Source: Eledone cirrhosa
Taxonomy: Eukaryota
DNA: 64,000 nucleotides
Assembly: GCA_964016885.1 (NCBI GenBank)
Contig: OZ024740.1
Location: forward strand, 100,936,001 to 101,000,000
Direction: 5' to 3'
Part shown: piece by piece, positions 1-11,894 of the stretch
Layout: every line of letters starts with the position of its first letter
How positions within the stretch are numbered: the stretch's first letter is position 1
Notes under the pieces: model-generated
Told to the model about the DNA's origin: nothing
Databases searched by the model: none
Seen by the model: the letters and a program-made list of their open reading frames with translations, nothing else
Program-made: the position numbers and the translations under genes

Positions 1-37
1 ATGTATATATGTATGTGTGTGTGTGTGTATGTATATG

Positions 38-580
38 CGGTACTCAGTAATAGAGAAGACCCGCCTTACCTAAATACATAGTAAAATCTACTACAGTCAG
101 TAGGCATCTCTAACAAAATACACCCCCGTCCCACCACCCCCACCCCATCCACACCGCCCCCTTCTATGTAAAGTTATGTTGGTGCCACACCATCCAGGCC
201 GAAACAAATGAGATCGTGTAGGTGTCACGACAAAAAAACACACAGTCCACGCTGTAATGTGACCGTGTAGGCAACACGGTAAAAACCTCGCAGTCCCACA
301 CTGTAAATGTGGTTGGTGTTAGGAAGGGCATCCAGCTGTAGAAAACCCGCCCGACAGTCCACGCTGTAATGTGGCCGTGTAGGCAACACGGTAAAAACCT
401 CCCAGCCCCACACTGTAAATGTGGTTGGTGTTAGGAAGGGCATCCAACTGTAGAAAACCTGCCACACAGTCCTATGCGAGCAAGACAATCACTCTTGCCT
501 CAAGTGGGAAAACCCCCGTCCAAACCCATGCATGCGTGGAACACGGACGTTAAACGTTGATGATGATGATGATGATGATG
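38..580 (+). mobile_element. 3' end of RTE LINE (family C): last codons, long 3' UTR and (GAT)n tail
   Basis: 38-74 (gcggtactcagtaatagagaagacccgccttacctaa) matches the reverse complement of the ORF end at 42601-42637. The 3' UTR matches 42208-42600 and ends in (GAT)n at about 558-580. A 112-bp unit is tandemly duplicated (starts at 242 and 354). Confidence 0.85.
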
Positions 581-829
581 TTTGTTTATATATATATATA
601 TATATACATAAGTGTACATTAAAGCACTTAGATTAGGCTAAAAATATTTTCTTTGCTCTGGTATATTGAAATTTCCTTTCCATTTTATTTTTTACAAGAG
701 ACTAATGTAGAGCCACAAGTTATTTATAATTACCTATAATTATATATTTAGCTCTTTAGTGGGTTATACTTTAATTAAGATGAGATCATGTGAATTTTAT
801 TAGAACATGTATATATATATAAATACATA

Positions 830-876
<47 letters not shown>

Positions 877-889
877 GTATACATACTTA

Positions 890-1598
890 TATTTAAGTAA
901 CAGCTGTACTAAGACTGAGAAATGAAATTTTGTTTCATTTTTTCTGTTTATCGTCTTCGGTGGATCCGGCCGATTAACTCACTCGATATGCGAATTGGGG
1001 TGCTCAGTCGTTAATATGCATAAGGAAAGTATATACTTTCAGACGTTCAATCATCTGGCAGGAAGGTATACGTTGCTGACGATAGCTAATAAGCTTGAAA
1101 CTAGTACAGTGTTCCTCTGTCAGTGTTGAACAAATGAGCAACGATGGTTGCTAGACACTGTACGGCTTAATTCGGGATGTTTGTTTACAAACACACCGAG
1201 CATTATAATAAGTGTTCGGTGAATCCATACAAAGGAAAACTCTGATATAACACCTGCAACCCTGATGGTATCCAATGATGTTGACTTGTTCTTCTTTTTG
1301 GTAAATATCATCTTGGTTAAGAGAGTGGGACTGGCTTTGGGCAGTGCCTTTGCTCACTATAAAAGCGTCACGGCACAGGCATTGCTTTATATCTGGAGAT
1401 CTCTCTGCATTTGTCATCACATGGTACCATGGGCCTAGCGCTATGTGTCAATAATTGTCACAAGTGTAGTGTTTGTACCAGAGTTTTCAAGTCGCTGGCT
1501 GGACTAAAAAGTCACACTTGTTTAGCGCATTGGTAGGGATTCTCCTACATGGATATAAAGTAGTGGCCGTACTCGAAAACGAGTTGGCAGCCACCATG
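890..1598 (+). mobile_element. Penelope-like pLTR/tail remnant containing a hammerhead ribozyme
   Basis: Island between (TA)n-type tracts with a hammerhead at 1070-1112. Its 3' ~370 nt recur inverted at about 58606-58970. Confidence 0.55.
1070..1112 (+). ncRNA. Minimal type-I hammerhead ribozyme
   Basis: acgttg-CTGACGA-t agct aata agct t-GAAA-ctag-TA-cagtgt. Stem I is acgttg/cagtgt, stem II is agct/agct, stem III is the palindrome actagt, and the cleavage triplet is GUA. Confidence 0.8.
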
Positions 1599-2157
1599 TA
1601 TGTATATATGTATTTATGTATGAAATTTGAATTAGAAGCGTTTACGGAAAATAGTCTAATATTCTAATATCAGGAAATATAATTTGAAGTGGTACGGAGT
1701 TCGGTTTTTATAGCAACTGTTGGCCACTTGTTTTCAGTCTATACTATTGTTTAGTGCAATCTATTGTGGTTACAGTTATTTTATGCATTTGGGGGATCTC
1801 TATATTTTCTAAACACACATATATATACACATACATATATTGTCATGAGTTATAAATATATATATAACATTATATACATTATATATATATCAATGAGCAT
1901 CTCCAGTAAATGTTTTTTTTTTTATCTCAGGCATATATAAATTTTAATTCATTCTTTTCTCAGAACCCAGATAAAATTCCAGAAACATGGGTCTGACATT
2001 CTCACACAGTTACTGAGATAGCTGTGATATGATCTGAGCTTAGATTATTCATTGCAAGACTTATATATGTTTACATTATATAAAAACATATCGTATATGC
2101 CTTCATATACCCCTCATATATTTTATATCAATACTACATATATTATATGATATAATA

Positions 2158-2325
2158 CCATGCTTTGACGCCATGCTTTGACGCATAGAGTTACTGCCCT
2201 TGCCATTCTGAGTTCAAATCCCGCCAAGGTTAACTTTGCCTTTCATCCTTACGGGGTCGATAAAATAAAGTACCAGTAATACACTGGGTAGTTGCTGGCC
2301 ATGTGCCAAAAGTAGAAACAATTAT
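2158..2325 (+). mobile_element. 5'-truncated tRNA-derived SINE with Nin-like central domain
   Basis: B box gttcaaatcc, then gcctttcatccttacggggtcgataaaataaagtaccag, and the tail aaagtagaaacaatt shared with many copies. Confidence 0.8.
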
Positions 2326-2961
2326 ATGATATAACGTATAAATATATGAGTGTGGATGTATGGTGATGTGTAATATATAACATACTGAAATCAAAATAGA
2401 CCTACAGGTTTTTGGCAACATATGCAGTAGCAGGGCTAAAATGTATCAAGCCTTCATAAGATAACACATAGAAGCAGTACAGCAGATTACACTTTTATAT
2501 ACACTAGTCAATGAAGAAAAAAGATTAAAAGATACAACAGAAGCCATAACACTGAAATATGCTATCATGTTTCTGGGTGTAAATAACTCCATAAAAGAAC
2601 TCAAACTATTGGAATTAAAACATATTCAATTTACAGATAATGTTGTGAATTAAATCTTCTAGAATAACAAAATATTTCATCCTGTAAAGATATCAGAGAA
2701 AAATTGAATGTATGTGAACTGTGTGAAAAAATATACAACAATTATTCAAATCCAGAGTATATTTGTGTACTTGTGTGAATGGATGCTAAACGATTATATT
2801 GATGATATATATATATATTGTTATACTTGGGGAGGATCATATTGTTCTGGCAATATTATAACAATATGACCCTCCCCAAGTATAACAATATTTGTTTCGA
2901 CACACGATTTCATAGCAAAAACCTTGCAAAAAAAATATATATATGAACCAAATGGGAAAAA

Positions 2962-3624
2962 ATGGTAAATAATGATACAAATGGGACCTGCCCCTTGTAT
3001 AGGAGCAAATTTTGGAATAGAATAGAAAGAACTAGGAATAAGGTTAATAGAATAAACTCATGGTATGATAGCAATAAATACCAGAGTGTAATGTTCATCA
3101 ATACAACCCCTAGAGGTGAATTAGCTTACAAATTTAGAAGGGCCCTAGATAAACATAAACTCAATATTAAGATAGTAGAAAGACCAGGTACCTCCATAAA
3201 AACACTTATTAGCAATACATACCCTTTTCAAAGACCTCCCTGTATAGATAAGAAATGTATAATCTGTAAATTAAGCCCCCATATTAACTGTAAAACTAGA
3301 AATGTAGTATATAGCATAAGATGTACTGAAGGACAATGTAGAGATAAGAATATAGTGTACATAGGTGAGACAGCTCGTAGTATAGGGGAACGGATAAATG
3401 AACACAGGCGAGAGCTTCAAGATAGTAAAGAATCATCTGTACTCCACCAACATGCTAAAATAGAACATAAGAGTAAATTAGAGAACATAGAAATAAAAAT
3501 AGAATCTACACACAGAAAAGACGCAATGTTTAGACAAATCACAGAGGCAATAAACATAAATAAACTCCAACCAAAATTAAATAGAAAACATGAATGGAAC
3601 AGCAATATCACAACTTACAATTAA
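2962..3624 (+). pseudogene. Penelope-like linker plus GIY-YIG endonuclease (C-terminal part of the PLE ORF)
   Basis: 220-aa ORF with a Cys-rich linker (CIDKKCIIC...C), VVY...YIGETARSIGERINEH, and E...LN at the end. There is no RT upstream, so it is truncated. Confidence 0.85.
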
Positions 3625-3823
3625 GGACAAAATGAAAACACACACACACATAGAACAAACAACCAACCAGTAACATGTAAATAAACAAATAAATAAACAA
3701 ATATAAACACACACAGACACCCGGATGTAACACATGCGCAGACTGAGCACACAACACACACAAAAACAAGATGGCGTAGGACAGAACAAAGGAGAGGCAC
3801 AAAAACAAAGAAAAGAATCCCCA

Positions 3824-3866
3824 GTCACTGAAGAGGTCACAGAATGTGTGACGAAAGAACTTTGAC
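3824..3866 (+). ncRNA. Minimal hammerhead ribozyme downstream of the GIY-YIG ORF
   Basis: gtca-CTGAAGA-g gtcaca gaatg tgtgac-GAAA-gaac-TT-tgac. Stem I is gtca/tgac, with one unpaired G before stem II. Confidence 0.7.
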
Positions 3867-3997
3867 AATATATGAACAATCATCTGGTTGTGGAACCAAC
3901 CAACCGGAAATTTATAAATTCCTAAATTTATAATAAATTGAAGTGAAAGCAACTGGTGCATGTGTTTCTTATTGGCAACATGACCCTCCCAAAGTAT

Positions 3998-4027
<30 letters not shown>

Positions 4028-4029
<2 letters not shown>

Positions 4030-4134
4030 CGAAGGAAATGTGGTAAGGAACCAGGTGGACCATAACATACCAAAGTACTCAATACTTAGGGTAGTAGAGT
4101 GGGTAATAGGAACAAGTAAGACCTCTTACTTGTT

Positions 4135-4140
<6 letters not shown>
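4028..4140 (-). mobile_element. Short PLE-type terminal fragment with fold-back hairpin in (TA)n
   Basis: Homologous to 34684-34754. Has a 16-bp hairpin at 4106-4139 (ataggaacaagtaaga/tcttacttgttcctat). Confidence 0.55.
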
Positions 4141-4215
<75 letters not shown>

Positions 4216-4375
4216 AAGGTATATATTGAGTTAGAAACTCAAAATAGTCTCTTACAATTAAATAACTCAAGGAAAGAGATTTTTCCGAGCCCTATAATAT
4301 AATTGAATATAAAAGAGAGATAAACACAGATATATACACATATATATAAACACAGATATATACATATATATATAA

Positions 4376-4672
4376 CTCAGAGCTGTATGGGAGCATCCCA
4401 AAAGTCAGCTCAAAAGTGACACAGAGGAGACTGAGGTTGGCTGGACATGCTCACCGACATCCAGAGTTGACATTGCACTCAGTGCTCCTTTGGGAGCCCC
4501 TACATGGACACACTAGAAGAGGAAGACCAAGGTTAACATATGTTGATGCCCTAAGGACAGACACTGGTCTGTTGGAGATGCAGGATATGGCAGCGATAAT
4601 GAGGGACAGAGACCGCTGGAGAGAACTCGTCCATGGATCTCGGGAATTTTACCCGCCTTAGATAGATAGATA
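4376..4672 (+). mobile_element. 3' fragment of a distinct RTE-type LINE with (TAGA)n tail
   Basis: RRLRLAGH...LW...RGRPRLTYVD...M.DRDRW is a typical RTE C-terminus. The stop codon runs into tagatagataga. Confidence 0.75.
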
Positions 4673-4854
4673 TATCTGGTAGTTACCCCAATATCGGTTT
4701 GTATTTATTTTCTTGATTTATTCTTTAAACTGCGTCTGGCAAACTATATTGTTCATAGTTAGTAATTTTTTCACCCCAGTGAATCTGGTCCCATATGATT
4801 TGAACACATATATGTATATATCTGTGGTTATCTCTCTTTTATATTCAATTATAT

Positions 4855-4892
<38 letters not shown>

Positions 4893-4906
4893 CATCATCA
4901 TCATGC

Positions 4907-5776
4907 TTAGTCCTCAGCCCCATCCTGTTTATTTAGTTCTACAGAAGAATTTAAGATTGGAGTTCCACTTTCATAGGAATTTGTGTATGCTGATGACTAG
5001 ATTCTTATAGTGAAATTTGTGGAAGAGGTTGAGAAGAAAATCTTGTCGTGGAAACAGAACTTAGAATTAAAATGGCTCAGAGTTAACCTAGCAATGACCA
5101 AACTCTTGGTAAGTAGGAAAGAAGGCAATACATAGAAAAGAAGTAAATAGGAACTTTATAGGATGTACACAATGTTATGTATGGATGCACAAGTTATGTA
5201 GTGGGATTATAGCAGACTAACAAATACAATAGACTTTACATGGGAAATGCAGAGGGATAGTTGATAGGAACACCAGGTAAATAAAGCTTTTCCTATCCTG
5301 GGAATGTACTATAGAAGTAATTGGCAGCTTTTTTTACTTAGGTCATTTGATTAGCAATGGATGAGGTTGCTCAAAAAGCATAGTGTCAAGAATAAGAAAG
5401 GTTAGAAAAAGTTCAGAGAGCTACTAACTCTCTGAGCAAAAAGTAGTTAGTACAATGCCTACATAAGAAGTGTGATGTTACATGGCATTGTGACATGGGC
5501 AGTAAATGCAGAAGATATGTAGAGGATGGTGAGAAACGAAGTGGGTATGCTCTGTTGGCTGTACAAAGTTTGCCTGCATAAATGACAGTGTGTAGATGAG
5601 TTGATAGAAATCTGGATATAAGAATTTGATGGAGTGTATAAGAGAGAAGACTGCACTGATATGGACATATGATAGATGAACACAATTAGTGGTGGTAGGC
5701 TGTACTGGAGAAGACTTGTCCAGCCCATGCAAGCATGAAAAAGTGGATAGAAAATAATGGTGGTGATGATGATGAT
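4907..5776 (+). mobile_element. Heavily decayed RTE RT/C-terminal fragment
   Basis: Recognisable VLSP.LF and YADD (tatgctgatgac at about 4987) and later blocks align by eye to 12480-13540. Many stops and frameshifts. Ends in (GAT)n. Confidence 0.7.
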
Positions 5777-5805
5777 CATAATATATATATAGATATATAT
5801 ATGAA

Positions 5806-6610
5806 GATATGGACATGTGATGCACATGAGGGATAACAGCTGCATAAAAAGGTGCAGAGCACGCAAAGTCGATGGAAGCCTTGGAGTGGGGAGACCCATG
5901 AAGACTTGGGATGAGGTGATAAAAGCCGACCTTGCCCAATTGCATCTCTCAAAGGTGATGATACAGGACCGAGATCTCTGATGATTCGCAGTAATACAGA
6001 TGACCCAACTTCCCACGAGCACAAGCCAAAGCATATATACAGTATGCCTCAACTCACCATCCCATACACACCCATGAGGACAGGCCAAAGTAAATGCCTC
6101 CAGTGAAGCCCCTAACCCACACTGTAAAGTGGTCATGATTGTGACATGGCAAAAAGTGCCCAGCCCACACTGTAAAGTGGTCATGTAGGTCTCACCAAAA
6201 AAGCACCCAGTCCACACAGTAAAGTTGTCATGTTGGCATCACAACAAAAAGCACCCAGTACTCACTGTAAATGAAGTTGGCTTTAGGAAGGACATCCAGT
6301 TGTAGAAATCAAGCCAGAATCAGTCCTGTATGAGCAAGACATGGTTACCTGACCTAGCATAGCCCACAACAGGAAAACCTGTCTAACCCATGGGTTATCA
6401 TGATATATATATATGTTATGTTGGTACCACAAAACATCCAGCACACATGTAAATGTGGTTGGCGCTAGGAAGGGCATCCAGCCATAGAAAACCAGCCAGA
6501 AATATATATGAGCAAGACACGGTCACCCAACCCAACTTGCCTCTAAATGAGACAAACCCGTCTAACCTATGCTGCCGTGGAAGATAGACGTTAAACGATG
6601 ATGATGATTA
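5806..6610 (+). mobile_element. RTE 3' fragment (family B-like) with repetitive 3' UTR
   Basis: YGHVMHM...GRPMKTWDEVIKADL, followed by repeated cccacactgtaaagtgg units, aggaagggcatcc motifs and a (GAT)n end. Confidence 0.75.
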
Positions 6611-6619
6611 TTATTGATT

Positions 6620-6912
6620 TACTATAGTTCTTCAGGTCATACAAGGGGAGGTAAGACTTGCTGTCCATGGGAAATTCTGTGTGCTTAGTTGGTATAATTG
6701 CATTTGTGGAAGAGCTAGAGAAGAAATTTCAGCTTTGAAAACAAAACTTAGAATCAAAAAAGCTTACAGTAAACTTGGGGAAAACTAAAGTCTTTGTAAC
6801 AAAGAGGACAGGACCTTGATCCCATCAGAAAAGTAGCCTTGCTCCATATGTGGAGAAGCAGTAGAAAGAAACTTTATATGATGTATACAATGTAAATCCA
6901 GGACACACAAGT
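6620..6912 (+). mobile_element. Decayed RTE RT fragment
   Basis: CPWE...VEELEKKFQLWKQNLE...PSEK*PCSIC, homologous to 12500-12800. Confidence 0.6.
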
Positions 6913-7519
6913 GAAAAGTAAATTGAAAGCCCAATTAGGCTTGAAAACCAGTTAGATGTTTATTACCTTTTACAATTTACAGGGAAATACGTATCTGACA
7001 TGTTTACATGTCTATATACTAAAAATGTGTTAAATTATATACATATATAGTCAGTCTTAGTTATTCTGCTCTGTATTTACATAAATATAATTTTAATATA
7101 TATATATGTATGTATGTAAAACGTAAACAGAAATAATAACACAAATGGTACAGTATATGGAAGGGATATATTAGATTAACGCTTGATATTATACACACAC
7201 ATACACATTTATATGTATGTAATATGTATTTATATACAAATGCATGTGTCTGTACGTCAGTATGTGTGTGTGTATAGATTTATATATCATAGCCTTGTAG
7301 GTTTCCTGTTGTTATCTTTACATGTGCAATGTGGAATACCTGTGCTGCATCTTGAATGTAATTCGCCTGTTTCAGTGATAATTAGCCTGTTTCTTATTGC
7401 ATTAAGATGCTTAACAACATTAGATTTATGTCATTGCTTCTTTTCAAATCTGCCCAATGTATCATTGTCAAGTGCTACCTTATTACCTCACAAGCCACAA
7501 ACCATTAAATAAGCCTTCG

Positions 7520-7865
7520 TATAAGTATAGCTGAATCGTTAAGAATATTTCTCCATAATTATAAAGTGTTGGGTTCGATCCTATGGTGTCATCTTGGACA
7601 AGTATCATTTACTATAGCCTCAGGTCAACCCATGCCTTTTGAGTAAAATTAGGTAAAATGAAACTGTTCAAAAGCTTTCTGGATGAATCGTACATGTAAC
7701 TCGAACAACCAACCTTGTCATACACTGTACTCTGAATCTTCCTGTGAATAACATTATGGGTACACAGTTCTGTGGAATAATTTTAACACATTAATTTTAT
7801 TAGTAAGCTATTTCATTGATTGATCCCCTGGAACACTCATCGTTGGAATTGATGGAGGTCCAATT
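7520..7865 (+). mobile_element. Old tRNA-derived SINE (actatagcctc...gccttgtgagt family)
   Basis: B box ggttcgatcc, then cttggacaagt...actatagcctcaggtcaacc. Related decayed copies are at about 26830-27110 (+), 19260-19570 (-) and 47320-47455 (-). Confidence 0.55.
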
Positions 7866-8489
7866 CATTTCAGCATACTAGATATATCAACGTTAAAATA
7901 TGTGCCTCAAATCACATTCTAGTACCTTATGGTACACATTTCATAATGTAGTCATAGAGTCATAACAGTTTGGTGGTTTGGCAGAGTCGTTAGAGCATGG
8001 GACATATACTTAGCAGTATTTGTTCTAGCTCTTTACACCTTGCATTCAAATCCTGCTTAGGTTAACGTTCCAAGGTTAATAAAATAAAGTATCAGTCAAG
8101 TACTGAGATTAATATAATCAACTTTCCCCTCTTTCTGTCCTTGTGTCTGTTAAAAACGATTATGCCTAAACATTAGATAGGGTGGTAAAAATGTTATCAT
8201 GAGACAACTCATTTGAAGCTGTCCTTGAACTCAACAACAACATAAAATTAGGAACCACCGAGTGAGCTTCTACATTGTAAATTAAGTTGCTTGGAAGACA
8301 AACTCACACCTTACTCATCAGATCATTTAGTCCTACATAATTTAAAATGATGGAATAACCACAGCGCAAATACTTCTTTTCATTAACAGCAGTGACCAAT
8401 ACAGGAGCCTCGTCGTGGTCATGCAAAATGCTAGATATAGCAGCCTAATTCCCCTGAAATGACACATTATTCACTTAAAATTGGATATA

Positions 8490-9598
8490 AAAACTCACTG
8501 CCACTACATTCATTGACTGGTTTCTAATGTTTTATTAGGGTGCTTTCTATGGCAATTATCCTTTCATTTTGCAATTCATAGGTTATTTTTTATTGGTTAG
8601 TTTTGCACTTGTTTATCTGTATATCGTTTTTAGGTCCTGTTTCCCTGGGTGTGCGCTTTTCTGTCATTGATTATCTATTTACAGTTTTCTATTGGCCAAT
8701 TCATTTGTCATTGTCATTGCCTTTCAACTGTGTAATTGCATCCTGTTTTTCTAGAGTTTGTATTTGTTTATCACTTATTCATTCCTCAGTTCAGATGTAG
8801 TCCATTCTGTTCATTATGCCATTCATATCCTGTTTTGCTAAAGTTGTCATTATTTCTAATTCTTAAACTTTTATTTTATATCTGATATTACTAAAGACAC
8901 TTATCATATACTCGTTGGCTGCGGGTTTCATTTTATATCAGATGGCTTAATTTGTTTTCATTGTATTTGCATTGTTTTCATTCTTTTTGTAGCTGTTGCA
9001 TCATGGTATATATATTATTTTGCAGCTTGGAGCAGTTTTCTTTTAAATTCTAACATCTATATTTCTTCTGGTGAGAAAGCATGTTTGTTGCAAAATTATG
9101 TAATAGTTTCCTGTGGTGCACAGGAAAGATCCCTTGCTTTGATAAGCTCTTTGCATTTCTTTCGTAAATATTGCCAAACTAGTATATATATGTTATGTGT
9201 ATTATGCTTTGAACATGTACTTGTTAATCCAATGCAGTTTTTATTAGTTTATCCCACTCACAATAATACCACATTGTAGATATTTTCTTTTATTAGTCAA
9301 TTTCCATTTCCTAACATGGCTTTAATCCACTGCTGTTGCATTGGGTTTTGAGAGTAGGCTGTAAGATTTGACTGAGGTTGAGGTTTTCAATGGCAAGTCT
9401 TTAGTTTCTTGTGCGGTTATACCAAATGTTTGTATTGTTCCTATTAAATAGCTTGTTGTATCTGTGATCAACTGGAAAGTATTAGTGTTATAAAATATAT
9501 TTTGCTATATTTGTCGTCATGTGTAGGATGATTGGTAAGCTGAATCAGATGATGATTCTATTTTTGTCTTTCTTTGGTTTATGGTTCATCTATGTAGT
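8490..9598 (-). mobile_element. Heavily decayed Penelope-like element (same lineage as 34784-37487)
   Basis: Minus strand reads RIII*FSLP...TNIAKY...FPVDHRYNKLFNRNN and ENIYN...NCIGLTST, which are degenerate linker and GIY-YIG motifs. Confidence 0.6.
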
Positions 9599-9600
9599 AT

Positions 9601-9646
<46 letters not shown>

Positions 9647-9654
9647 ATGAAAAA

Positions 9655-9698
<44 letters not shown>

Positions 9699-9750
9699 CA
9701 GAAAAAAACGAGGAAGTTTTGTTTACATATGAAAAATATTAATTGCGTAT

Positions 9751-9846
9751 CAACCTGTTACATGCGTTTCGCAGAGGATCGGCTGAAGGTGACCCATAGC
9801 AGTTATGGACTCAACTCCAGTATAGATCTGCTCCTCAGACTGGTGA
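9751..9846 (-). ncRNA. Hammerhead ribozyme with long stem II
   Basis: Minus strand: caccagt-CTGAGGA-gcaga...tctgc-GAAA-cgcatg-TA-acaggttg, in a ~200-nt island between (TA)n tracts. Confidence 0.7.
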
Positions 9847-9925
9847 TGTGACAAAAGATACATTTTTGTTGTATTTCACCGTACTACCTACATTATATAT
9901 ATATATATATCTATATATATCTAAT

Positions 9926-10110
9926 AGGGCGGTGGATTGGCAGTATCGGTAGAGGGTCGGACGCCATGCTTTCCAGCATAGTTACATCCCTTTACGGACT
10001 GAGTTCAAATCCCGCCGAGGTTAATTTTATCCTTACGGGGTCGATAAAATAAAGTTCCAGTAATACACTGGGATAATTGCTGGCCTTGTGTCAAAAGTAG
10101 AAACAATTAT
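9926..10110 (+). mobile_element. tRNA-derived SINE with Nin-like domain (full head)
   Basis: A box tggcagtatcgg, B box gttcaaatcc, ggggtcgataaaataaag core and agtagaaacaattat tail. Confidence 0.85.
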
Positions 10111-10127
10111 ATATATATCTGCCGGTA

Positions 10128-10161
<34 letters not shown>

Positions 10162-10794
10162 TTGTGAGTATGCATGAATGAGTGGCGTGTGTGTGTTTGT
10201 GGTTTGTATGCATGAGTGTTGGTGTGTGAGTGTGTGTGTGTGCGTCGTGTCAATAAGTTTTTTTTTTTTTTTTTTAATGACCAAGCTGTAAAATGGAGGG
10301 ATAGAGAGGGCCATTGAGTCTAGTAAGACATCCTCACTAGTGCTGGTGGCACAAATAAAAGCACCCAGTCCATGCTGTAAAGTGGTGCTGGTGTTAGGAA
10401 GGGCATCCAACCAGTGTATCAATGCCAAAACGCTTAGCAGCACAGCAACAAATAGGAACAACAACAAAATATGAAGATGTTGCATCTCAGAGTTGCAACA
10501 CTTAATGTTAGCACTCTCAGAAGTAGATCTGCTGAAATAGCGGAGATGCTGGAGAGAAGGCATGTGGATGTGTGCTGAGTGCAATAGGTGAGATGGAGAG
10601 GTGCCTCTGCGAGACTAGTCGTAGGCAAGCGTCTTAGCTATAAGCTATTCTGGGTAGGTAAGGATGATGGGTTAGGGGGAGTAGGCATTTTCCTGGCTGA
10701 GAAATGGATCAATAAGACAATAGAGGTAGTTTGAGTTAGTAATCGAATAATTAAGCTTAGATTAGTTGTAGGCAGGAGACTACTGACAATCATC

Positions 10795-11376
10795 TTGGCC
10801 TATGCTCCCCAAGCAGGCCTAGGTAAAGAAGAGAAAGACTGCTTTTACGAGCAACTTTTACAAACAACCGCAATGACAGAGGACGGAGACATCGTTATGC
10901 TAGCAGGAGACTTCAATGGTCATGTTGGACAGCTCCAGAATGGTTACACTGGGGTACATGGTGGGCACGTTTACGGCTCAAGAAATGAAGAAGGAGTGAG
11001 ACTTCTTGAATTTTGTGATGCCGGTACATTGACTATTTGCAACACAAACTTCCAGAAACCTGCCAATCACCAAATAACCTACAAATCTGGTGAGCACATA
11101 AGCCAGATTGACTTTTTACTAGTTAGGCAGTGGGACAGGCAGATAGTGTCTAATACCAAGGCATACCCTGGGGAAGAATGTACCCTACAGAATAGGTTAG
11201 TTGTTAGTGATATCTCAGTAAGCAAGAGATGGAATGAGACATACAGGAAGATAAGGAGAAGAAAGGTCTGGAAGCTAAAAGACCTTTCACTAAAATACAA
11301 ATTTAGGAAAGCCCTTCAAGATGTATATGACGAAAAAGAAGTCGATTTAGAGACGTATGACATAGATAATAACTAG
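10795..11376 (+). pseudogene. RTE apurinic-like endonuclease (APE) domain fragment
   Basis: YAPQ, GDFNGHVG, RNEEG, NT.F, SQIDF motifs. Confidence 0.9.
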
Positions 11377-11894
11377 AATTTCTTACGTGACAACTTGCTG
11401 CAGGCTACTGATGAAACTTATGGTTGGAGCAGAGCTCCAACCAGACAGAGAGTGACCTGGTGGTGGAAGCACAGTAGATAAGTCCATTAGAGACAAAAGA
11501 CTAGCATGGAAGGCTTGGAAAAAGGGTGGGAGTAGGGAAGAATATACAGCCACTAAGAAAGAAGCTAGACGTCAGGTGTACTTAGCATGCAAGGAAGGGA
11601 GAGTAGGAGGTTTGCCAATGTTCTGTGACGGGAAGATCAGAGGCGTGCGGTGTTCCACATTGCAAGGCAGTGTGTCAATGCAAATCAGTATGTTGTTGGA
11701 GATAAATGTGTCCGGGATGATGCCGGTGTACTTAGTGTCATGAATGATCAGAAAAAGGAGGCCTGGAAATGTCATTATGAGAGACTGATGAATGTGGAGA
11801 ACGAATGGGAGAGAGAAAAATTACCCTTAGTAGATCCGACAGAGGGACCAGCTATTGAGATTGACGAATATAGGGTCCAAGAGGTGATAGGGAA

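Larger units (their letters stand above)
2815..4004 (+). mobile_element. 5'-truncated Penelope-like element: GIY-YIG ORF, pLTR with hammerhead, fold-back copy of terminus at 5' end
   Basis: Terminus atgaccctcccaaagtataacaatat at about 3979-4004 recurs at 2860-2891 and inverted at 2815-2846. The element is flanked by (TA)n. Confidence 0.8.

Noticed and set aside
2962-3624. GIY-YIG ORFs as homing endonucleases, UvrC or bacterial contamination
   Set aside because: Cys-rich PLE linkers, downstream hammerhead pLTRs and, at 36-37 kb, an adjacent Penelope-type RT identify them as PLE pieces.
8510-8550. Hammerhead in the decayed PLE (minus: ctaataa...gaaaccagtc)
   Set aside because: The core is doubly mutated and stem II is absent, so only the GAAA-ccag-UC half is recognisable.
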